Of a stretch of 64,000 nt of DNA, positions 54,236 to 64,000 are shown one piece after another. The stretch covers positions 248,001 through 312,000 of the forward strand of contig JBEWZL010000127.1 of NCBI GenBank assembly GCA_045837725.1, in the 5' to 3' direction. The notes beneath the pieces were generated by a model. The model worked only from the letters and a program-made list of their open reading frames with translations, was not told the DNA's origin and did not search any database. The translations under genes were made by a program, and so were the position numbers. This DNA is from Vermamoeba vermiformis (lineage: Eukaryota). Position 1 is the stretch's first letter. Every line of letters begins with the position of its first letter.

Positions 54236-54945
54236 CTGTGGTCGAATGTTGAAGTACAAAAGTCTAATTTGGAATGAATCAAGTCTTTGCCGCCATTTGT
54301 TGTTCCGCCCACGGCACTACTATCTTCTCGAGCGCTAAAATATTATCATTAATTAATATATGTTAATAAAGGTTTACAGTGAAAAATTGCGTATTACATA
54401 GCTGTAGTGTAGTTAAACTTTTTTAAAAATACTGATCGTCCGATCAGCTAAAGATTATGATCTACAATTTTTCTCCTACCTACACAGAGCTCTAAGCCAA
54501 AACTCCGAGCAAATGTAGGGTAAAAAATCGAAATAATGCATGCACGTTGTGTGGTGTGCTGTGTGAAGTGGAAAACATATGTTCTAGATCGTTCATTGCG
54601 ATTTTTGGCAAGGCCACAAACCTTCACCACAAATGTTGTTTTAGTAAATATAGTATGAAGTTATTAACAGTGTATTGTAAGTTCAACGTGCAAGTCTCGA
54701 CAGATTCGCGAGCTAGAGTTAATGGTAGGTTGTAGCGCCAGTATTATTTGAATAGAATAAATAATAATAATAATAATTTTCGAAAGATGCAAATATATTT
54801 AGTAAACACAATACAATTATACGATTACTATAATTATTTGGAATCCGTTTGCTAGAATAGTTAAATTAATTCCCTTATTATAAAGATTGACCACTTCGTT
54901 TAGACCCAATATATTATTTTTGCTTAGTTTGGGTCTCGCCATATT

Positions 54946-57900
54946 CTACACGGTCCAAACCGAACCAGATCTCGCTAATGGTGGCAATGCGGTGTGCTGC
55001 TCTAACTTGATTGGGCAACCCGAAATTGGATAGCGCTGAGAGGATGACGGAACGCTAAGTGATATTACGGCGTAGAACGTTCCAGGTGATCCTTCTGGAA
55101 TGAACGTGAAGACTCCAAACGACTCGTTGGTCAAACCTGCGCAAATTTTAAGTAAGTCTTGCTGATCATAATTGCACGCGCACTTACTCAATTCAATGCG
55201 TTGCGAGTAGAGTATGTCGGCTGACTTCAGAACTTCTCCGCCAGTGAGGTAGACCACGCCGAATTTCTTTGTGACTTTTGGGGTGACGATGTCGAGCTGT
55301 AGACTCACGTTGTTGAGCAATACTTGCTGGCGAATGATCTCTCTAGTTCTCACGACTGAAAGTCTCGAATTGATGGTAAACCCGTAACGACCATTCCAGG
55401 ACACGTTGCAGTAGAAAACTGGTACGAATATTAGATTGAACCTGTTTGGCAACGGACTTACGTTTTGCCAGCAGCATCTTCGCTGTGTCGTGAAGCTTCT
55501 GATCGTTATCTTGGATGTACTTGAGGGTGTCCATCTCGAGCTGGCTCATGTCCTGGGTCGCCGAATCCAACGAGACACTGTAAGTCATGGGAGGATCAAA
55601 TCTAGTGTAATACACAGTCGACTCAGGCAGGTGATGCTGCATGTCCAGCTCTTGATGCGTGCATTCGGAAGTGTTTGTGATTTCCGCAAATTTGTTGATC
55701 CATTCGAACATCGATTCGGGACTCTGACTTGGTTTCACTGCAGGTTTGATTCCTCCGCCTAGCGACATCAAAATGTCGGGATCAGTTGCCCAAATGCGCT
55801 TTGCCTCTTCCATGCCGATGTTTGCAGGATTGTTGGTAATGACGCCTCCGTCTACGAACTTCAGTTGTCCAACGCCTTTGACCGCGCGAAGGTAAGTGGG
55901 TATCGCCGAAGTAGCAGTGGCTGCGAAATACAATTGCGTGTTAACGACGTACATTGTATTCGCATCGTTGCTGCATGGGGTGTAAGAGCAGAAGAGAACT
56001 CGTTTGTTTCGTGAAGTCTCCACTGACAGGACGGCGACCTTCGGATTGTCGCGAACTGCTCCAATTTCTAAAAGAGTCTTCGGAGGCAACTGTCCTTTGA
56101 CCGCTTTGGTCAGTTTTGTCATGGAGTACTTGGGACCTCCGAACGCTGATTTGACACTTCGTTTCCAAAACACCAGTTTGACGATATCGTTATAGTAGGC
56201 CTTGCAAAGTGACAGATTGACACCGGAAGATAGCGATAATGCGACCAATCCTCCGCTGCCCGTGCCTATCACATAGTCGAACAACTCCGTGACACTAGAC
56301 GAGGCAAGTTAATAAGTATATATCATAATGAATCAAGACTTACCGAGCACAGGTCAGCTTTTCAATGTGCTGAAGAATGATGATTGGCACAAGTCCTCTG
56401 TGTTCCGCACCGTCCAGCGAAAGAACACGGGGCGCAGCACCTTTTGGCACCTTGGATGCATCGTCTGCAGGTTTGAGTAAGTCAATATTACGTTATTCAT
56501 AGAGCTATCCTTACCGAGATAAGTCACTGTCTTTCCGTCGAACGGGCAAACGATTTCGTTGGCTGAGTGTGAGCATTTCCTGCAGAACATGTGTCCGCAG
56601 CTGTACATCGCCCCAAGGCCCATAGGTGAGAAGCAGAAAGCGCAATACTTCGCGCAGAATTCATACTCATTGTTGCGTGGCCAGCTTTGGACGAACTCGG
56701 CGCGTTCTTGCTGCAACTTCTCAGCAGATAACTGAGGTACGGGTAAGTAAATCTGGGACGTTATAGTACTTCTCTACTTGCCGAAATCAAGTGATCGATC
56801 TTGTCTCTGAACAATTGCTCAAGAGTGACTGAGTCATCCGACGCTGTGATCTCTTGGCTGCCACCGAAAAGATTTTTGAAGACGGAGGCGATGTTGATGA
56901 GTCCTTTGCGAAGAGGGTTTTGAAAGTTGTGCGACGAATGAACGATTCTCTCTTGCATGCAACAGCCGTTCTTGTCATGCTCTTCACAGGGTTGGAGTTG
57001 GTTGACGATAGTGAGCAATGGTTTCAAGTAACCATCTCGTAGAAGTTGGTCGATGTTCTCGCCCTTATGAATACATAATGTTAGTGCTGTCAAGCTGAGT
57101 GCTGCAGGTACCTTTTGAAGACTAGATACGCCAAGATTCTCTTTCAATGAATTGATGTAAGCGAAGCAGTAGGCCGTTACTGCAAGCTCGCGCGCCTTTG
57201 CGAATCGTTCCGTTCTACTCTTCACGTATTCAGGTATTGTGAGGCCAGCAGGCTTGGGCAAAAGAGCCAGCGTTTCTTTAAAGAACTTAATTCTAACATT
57301 GTTTGTCAGTTTTTGTTCAATGGTTGATGTATTTGCGACTTACACTGCCTTGAAACGCGAGTCCTTTTTGGGCAAGTTGACGTCGAAGAAGATCTCCGAA
57401 ATATTGACCTCTTGCTGAGAGTTGACGATTTGCAGGACTCTTTCCGCTACACGGTACCACATATAGTCAGTGAACATATTGGCGACATTAAGCGTGTAGC
57501 TAACTTTCTCGACGCGCATCCGCTGAATTTCTCGATGAACAATTCCCTAACGGTAGTTGGTCAGAAAGTGGTAATTATTCATTTGGTTACCTTTAATTGC
57601 TTCAGCTGTTCGCAGTATTGAGTTGGGAAGATTCGACCGTCCGGAATCTTTATAAAGCAAAAACCGGAAAAACTGTTGCGAAGCAGATCTTTCACGTCGT
57701 GACCGTCAGACTCCAAACTGCGCAGGAACAGACTCGTGCTGTTCTCAACATCGTATGGGTCTTCGCCAGTATCTGTACGTTCTGAGGGTGGGTTGCAGAA
57801 GTTTTGAACCACGATGAGGTATGGCAAATTTCGCGATTGCTGATTGGCCACACTACGCATCGTAAACTGTTCGATTCTAGCGATGTATTCTCTGTTTGCC

Positions 57901-58955
57901 AAGGCCTGGCGATTGGTGAATATAATGACATTGCTGAGAATGTAGAACAGTTGTGGAAAGGTCTTTGAAACGTAGTCTGTGCGATTTTTAGTGAACGCAT
58001 CCAGTTGTTCAGGCTTGAAGATCGCCGAGAGCTTATGCTTTAGTGCTTTGAAGAACTTCAATGGAATACGACCGTCGGCGCCTTCTCCGTCCAAGAGCAC
58101 CACTCGTTCGTTGTTAACGTTGCCAACATACTGATTGATATTGCCGGTCGTTGGATGTTCTTGCGAGGGTAAAGCAGTCGAAGGGCCCCTAACGAGCGTC
58201 AGTGCCATTCAATTTAAGAAATTGATTGCTTTTACCTTTGCTTGATGATTCGCTCTTCGAACTCCATCATTTCTCTCGCCAAATGACTTTTACCGCACTG
58301 GGTGGGTCCTACAAACGAGACGCGTGGCAGATACTTGTTTCGGTCTGCAAGTCGTTTAAATTCTTGCCAGTTAGCGTCATTCTTATCAAGGCAAAAGGTA
58401 GTCTTATCTTCAGGTATTTGCGGAACGCAGATCAACTCTGATTTCTGCGGCGGATAATTAAAATTTTAAATTTCGCTGCGATTCACGAATGACACTTACA
58501 TCCTCGAGTTCATTTTCTTCGGTTTCTTTGCTGAACACTTGTGTGGTTCGTTTTAACTCTTCTATCCAAGACCATACTTCTTTGCGTTGCTTTAATTTCA
58601 TTCCCATTTCGTCGCGCAAGTCATCGTTTGTCATACGCAGTAATCCCGCCCCGTTAATCCCCATCTTTTCGAATGAGGAAATTAATTCTTTGTCTTGCGT
58701 CTTCGTCTTCAGCCAGTTGCTGACGTCTTCTTTTGTCCACAGGTGTGCTGGCCGGGACGTGTTTCGTCGTTGCTGCAATTCCATTAGCAACTCGATCTTG
58801 GCTTGAGGAACATCGAGCTCTTGAAGGTCGCTTTTGGTCAGTTTGAGAAGTTCGTCCAAGGTAGTTATCTCGTTGTCGATAAACTTCTGTTTGTCAAGGC
58901 GGAAATACTCCATCACCACGTTGTACGTTAGGTAAGCGTCGTCTAGCGGCTGCAT
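54946..58955 (-). CDS. Multidomain SAM-SAM + GBP/atlastin-like GTPase + RING + degenerate patatin protein
   Basis: SAM (WTKEDVSNWL...INGAGLLRMTNDDLRDEMGM); G1 GPTQCGKS, TTG, G3 LLDGEG; RING CAFC...CGHMFCRKC...CPFD; patatin RVLSLDGAEHRG, FDYVIGTGSGG, ATSAIPTY, FVDGGVITNNP. Confidence 0.8.
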
Positions 58956-59132
58956 TTCACTATATAGTAAACACAATATCGAGCTAGGTGGTTCTTGATG
59001 CAATTCGTTTATAAAAACAAACACAAAATGGTGCGCAGATTTTGTGTTTCACCGTGTCGGACTTTCACCGCAGCATAAATAATTTGGTTTGGCTCATAAT
59101 TTTAATAGATTTTATCGTTAGAAACAGTCACC

Positions 59133-61347
59133 ATGAATCCCAACCCAATCGCAGGCGATGATGCCACTGAAGCGGCACGTAAAAGTGGGTGGATCGTGAA
59201 GCAAGGAGGAAACCCGAAGGATGCGTGGAAGAAGCGCTTTATGGTTCTTTGCGGGCCAAGTCTTCATTATTACTCTGACGCAGTAAGTTTAATTGTGTTT
59301 TATTGATAAACTTGAGCTGATCTTGTACGGTGCAAAGCCAAAAGGAGAGATACCGTATTTATCCGCGACTCATATCGAACCAGAAGACTCTCCGCAGTAT
59401 AAAGGACGTCCATATTGTTTCCGAATAGCAACGCCTGACAGAGTGTATCGAATCTCATGTGACTCGGCCGATGAAATGAATTCTTGGTTGAAATTGCTTC
59501 AGGACCGAAAACAAGCACACGACAAGCTTGAAGATGATAAAAGAAAGTCACTTGTGATGAAGGCAAAGCTAAAACGCCAGCTAACGGTAAGTGAAACTGA
59601 TCGGGTTTTTCCGTCGCAGATCCTGAATTTTCTATTTTAGGACATGTATGACATTGTTATCGACATAGACAATCTCATCGATTTAGAAGAGGGATGGAAG
59701 ATTTATTTCGCGCAACGACTTCTCAGCCGGATCGAAGGCGCAGCTGTCATAAACAAGCCGCTCGATCCAGAAACAGTGAACAATTTGAGCTTGAGCACTA
59801 CTAAAGTGGTTGTTTCCGTTCTTGGTCTGTTCAACAAGGGTAAAACGTTCTTGTTGAACAAGATCTGCAATGAGAACTTTGACAGTGGCTACAAAGTAAC
59901 GACCCGCGGATTAAGCTTCAAAGAGCCATACGATATGAACAATATCATCTTATTGGACACTGCAGGAACATCATCTCCATTACAAAGTAAGTAAATCCAA
60001 ATTCAAGCAACTTTAACTAATGCAGCTCAGTCAAAAACCCGAAATCCACGTTAGCCGTGAAGAAATCCACCGAAGATTTCCTTCAAAAGATGTCGTTTCT
60101 CCTTTCTGATATCATCATTGTCGTCGTTAATGAGCTCACTTGGCCCGATCAAGAGTACATGACTGCACTAGCTGAGCAAGTTCGTGAACGACCGAACGAC
60201 GCAGTGGACAACAAAATTATCGTTGTGCACAACTATAAGGATGCCGAGACAGTTGAGGATTATTTGATAATGAGACAGGTACGTACTTTTTAACTTGTCC
60301 GTTGACTGTTTACCAATGCTTCAATTAGAAATTCTGCGTCAATTGTTTCGAGGGCTCGCAGCGTTTTACGGACGTGCAGCTAAGAACAGGCCGTGAACGC
60401 GCTGATTTCTTCTTGAGCAACGGTGGTGCTCTACAGCACGTCTTCCTTGCAAAAGAAGGGTCGCCCGCTGGGAACATGTACAACGAGAGAACTCTTGAGT
60501 TGATTCGAATGTGGATCAGAACGAGAAACATCTCGTCATCACAGCCCCTTATCAGCAAATTCTGCACCTTGGCTGCGGCAGAGCTTCGCATTTACTTCTC
60601 AAAGATTAAATCACTCTACTTGGTATGCATTACATTACCATCCTTGGATCGAACCATTATTCTAACTTGTTCAGGTACATACGCCAATCAATCCAAGACC
60701 CCAGTCAGTGCGTATTGCAGTGAAAAGGATTAACACTAATGAAGGATGGGGTGATACGCCGACAAATTGGGAAGAAGAAACAGAATCTACTCCGTACAAG
60801 ATTAAAGCTGTATCAATCAATGGGGATGACTTAGGTTACATCCACAATCACATCACGTTTGAAGGTTTCCATCTTGCCCTGTCAAGCACCATCTTTCAAC
60901 CAAAGGTAGGTATCAGTTCTTATGCATTACTTCTACTAACACTTGCTGCAGTTTGATGTGATTGAGAGAGATGACCATTTCATTGTTGCTGTTGAGTGTC
61001 CTGGAATTGAGCGTGAAGTCAAATTGGTAGACCTTCGTCAACTCACAGAGGACACTACTTCATCATGGATTGGAGCAACGGTTGGTTTGATCAAGAATGT
61101 GCGTCATCTTATCATTCAAGGTCATAAGTCTCTTTCATTTCCAAGTCCCAACAATGCCACTGATATTCCTTACCGCTTGCAACCCAGTGAAGAGGTAAAA
61201 CGGAGGCAGCTGCCCAGTGGCTCATTTACTCAAGCATATCCTCTGCCAGTTTATTATAAGTCAGAAATCACAAAAACAGTTCTGAAAGGTGGACAGTTTT
61301 TCATTTTCATTCAAAAAGACAATCATCTAGTTAATCACAATAATTAA
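59133..61347 (+). CDS. PH domain + P-loop GTPase + HSP20/alpha-crystallin-like C-terminal domain
   Basis: KSGWIVKQGG...WKKRF (PH); G1 GLFNKGKT, TTRG, LLDTAG, VVHNYKD; FDVIERDDHFIVAVECPGI...GSFTQAYPLP...GQFFIFIQK (HSP20-like). Confidence 0.8.
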
Positions 61348-61470
61348 AATAAACAATGTTTCTTTCTGTTTATTGGGGTACCCAGCAAAAAAGAAATCAG
61401 AAATTTATATATTATATAGGATTTAGGGCTGGGGCTAGGATTTTTGTTAACAAAAAAAAAATCACCATGC

Positions 61471-61676
61471 ATACACTTTGGTGTACGCCCCGTACGGCAA
61501 GCTGTATGCCCCTCACACCCCCGTACAGCACGCTGTACACCCTTCACACTACTGTACACTTTGGTGTACGTCCCTTTCGCACCCATACACTTCAGTGTAC
61601 GCCACTTTGCATCAGTGTACACTTCAGTGTACACCCCCATACAGCACACTGTACACCCCCTCGCACCCCCTGTACA
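61471..61676. repeat. Array of short (G)TACAC/GTGTA(C)-type palindromic hairpins separated by C-rich linkers
   Basis: Examples: GTACAGC-AC-GCTGTAC, GTACAC-TTTG-GTGTAC, GTGTACACT-TC-AGTGTACAC; about 6-7 units. Confidence 0.85.
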
Positions 61677-61699
61677 GATAGGGTGATGATGGTATCAAT

Positions 61700-63205
61700 G
61701 TTGGTTAACTGGTATATGGATGCTTTAAGTCTACAGAAGCATGATATCTGATCCTGCTTCTTTTCCGCATCTTTCAGATTGGCGGTATCCTGATAATAGA
61801 GAATGAAGTGATTTAATTGTTAATGTTATCAATGTCAGTTAACAGTTAACGAATGCTTTAAATGAATTGATGCATGACAATCAATCCTGCATCATATCCA
61901 CATCCGCATCTTCCAGATTGGCGGCATGCTTGATAGTGAGAATTGATATGATTTGAATGTGATATCAATCACAGTTTATTGCTGGTGGATTCCAAGTAAG
62001 AGTGATGAATCTGATGTGATTCTAATTACATTTCCGCTCTATTCAATGCGGTATGCTAATAGTGAAGATCATTGTGTTCAAATGCATTCTAATTTCACTT
62101 CCGCTCTATTTGATGCGGCTTGCTAATGAAGGGAATTGATGTTTTACATGAATGTCTGATGTGGATATATGTTTGAGTGACGAATGTATTGAATCTAATA
62201 ATGTCGTTTCAAATCACAAGCGGATTAGTTTATCATATTCAATCAACAAATATACTTCCGCTTTCATCAAATGCAGCTTCCCACGTACACATTAGTTGTT
62301 TTGATTCAATCGTTGTTTGTTTTGATTCTGAGCGGCTTCCAAATAATGTATTTGATTGTAATAGTGTCAATTCATCAAGTGGATTGATGTAGTCATATGT
62401 TATTTCCATTTTGGTAAGCGGCTTCCAAGAGTAATGAGAAAGGAGAGTGAAATTTCATTGTTAAAGTGGATAGATGCTAGTTAATTGGTAAATGAATGCT
62501 TTGAGAATATTGAAGCATGATGTCTATCCCTGCTTCATATCATATCCGCATCATGAATGATGGGCGGCACCCAATAGATGAGAAATGAATGAATGAGTTG
62601 AATGTTGATGGTATCAATGCAAATAGATTGGTATAGTAATCAATGCAATTTCACAGCTAATTAATGCTTTTAGTCTACAGAAGCACGATATCTAATCTTG
62701 CCTCATTTCCGCTTTCATTCTGAAATGCGGCACACAGATAATGAGAATGGTGGATTGAATCTAATGATTCTGTTCTGAATGTTAGGTGGATTCCAAATAA
62801 TGAGAATAGATAGATGATCAATGTAAGTTCAATGGTAACGAGTGCTTTAAATCTACTGATGCATGATATCAATTCCTGCATCATTTCCGCACCAAGAATG
62901 ATTGGCGGTATCCTGATAATGAGATTCATATGGTTTTGTAATGATTTGATTCCTGATGTTAGGCGGTATCCAATGATAGAGATCATGAATCAATTCCAAT
63001 GAAGTTATTCTCAATGTTAGGTGGTATCCAGATATACAGTGGTGATAGTGAATTCTCAATGTTTTCTGTTTGATGATAGGTGGTACCCTATAATGGAGTG
63101 TTAAGTGTAATATCATGCGTATTGATTGTTAAGTGGATTCCAATGAAGAGAATTGAGTGTAAAATCATTCATTTATTCTCTGATGTTAAGCGGTATCCAG
63201 ATAAA
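61700..63205. repeat. Degenerate structured tandem array: five long two-stem units plus about 55-60-bp GYGG(T/A)(A/T)TCC core units
   Basis: TGCTTT-N9-GAWGCA-N13-TGCWTC...CCGC-N13/14-GCGG at 61721, 61854, 62497, 62665 and 62843; cores at 62781, 62958, 63016, 63075, 63128 and 63185. Confidence 0.85.
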
Positions 63206-64000
63206 GGGTTAGGGGCAGATTCCCTGGCGAACGAAGTGAGCCAATGGGGGGTTTAGGGGGGCTTGCCCCCCTAATAATGATAAGAATCACCATATTATAT
63301 GGCTGTACATGCATATTAATATAGCTTTAGGGTTTGGGCTTATGCTTCGCTTTTCAGGCCCCTGGATCTCTGACGAAATTTCACCGAAATTTCCGGGAGT
63401 TGTTCCATGCAGCGAGGGCCGAAGGCCCGAGCGCATGGCACCAAGTCCCATTACATTTGGTGATAGTGATGCAGAGATACAGGGGCTCGAAGTAGCTGCG
63501 GCGCCAGCGTCGTAATGCCGCAATGCCGCAGGCAAATCACCGTTCCCGACACTTTTCGGTTAATTCTAGCTCTGAGTCACGGACACTCCCAGACCTCTCC
63601 TTTGCAGGGTAGTCTAGTCTATATTTTAGATGATTTATCATATAAAATTTATTAATATTGCTGAAAGTTCGAATTTTTCGAAAAATGAAGGGACTTGGCC
63701 ACGAATTTTTGATTTTTTCGAATTTACACTTATCTTTCACTGCAACACCACAGACAAGATATTTTAATCATTTGGTTATATAAGGTATTATAATTTCTTA
63801 GTATAGTGTTCACTTGCTTGTAAATTTTAAAATTACTGAAAATTAAGTTCGAACCCATGCATATTTTTAAAAATCCTTATTGTTTTTAATTTTTTAAAGT
63901 TTTTTGTCTAAGTCTTTTTTAGCATCATGGCCTTGGGGTTAGGGATCAGGTGACCAGATCCCGAGCCGTAGATCTCGCTTTCGCTCGCGATTTGAATCGC
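63206..64000. mobile_element. Possible terminus/internal part of a non-autonomous ssDNA-transposing element (Helitron/Helentron-like); class not established
   Basis: GC-rich hairpins with GNA triloops and tandem G.A pairs, isolated TTAGGG motifs and AT-rich non-coding filler; no transposase in the window. Confidence 0.3.

Noticed and set aside
61344-61751. Overlapping short ORFs in four frames
   Set aside because: By-products of the GTAC palindrome repeat; no domain signal.
62675-63116. Minus-strand ORFs with IPP.I motifs as an LRR gene
   Set aside because: No LxxLxLxxN register, and the repeat period is not a constant multiple of 3; these are translations of the DNA repeat.
62770-63205. 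CRISPR array or integron attC array (cores match GTTRRRY)
   Set aside because: Repeats are degenerate, spacers resemble each other, there are no inverse RYYYAAC sites or cassette ORFs, no cas or integrase gene is present, and the context is eukaryotic.

Overview
Gene-dense, intron-rich eukaryotic nuclear DNA with GT-AG introns mostly about 45-100 nt, CTAAY-like branch points and the standard code. It is most consistent with a free-living amoebozoan-type protist; this is inferred from an ABP34-like actin bundler, a vinculin-like gene and intact Trp synthesis. I can reconstruct about 25 spliced genes: two tandem F-box paralogs, DCAF8-like WD40, an AAG/MPG-glycosylase-like domain abutting importin-alpha-like ARM repeats, duplicated secreted Cys-rich proteins, a Kelch surface protein, a Crinkler-like REase+kinase, GCP2, DnaJ, LRR, PH-ARM-SMP, a divergent RPL12 paralog, NHL-SAM-U-box, a head-to-head TrpE-TrpG / TrpA-TrpB pair, vinculin-like, Clu, GRAM, and a head-to-head pair of multidomain P-loop GTPases. 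The last ~2.6 kb is non-coding and consists of hairpin arrays, including a five-unit repeat with an apparently covarying stem and GNA-triloop/tandem G.A hairpins. Top candidates for new biology are this structured array, the GTPase pair, the Trp mini-cluster and the glycosylase-ARM fusion. All gene models and domain calls are by eye; no searches were run.
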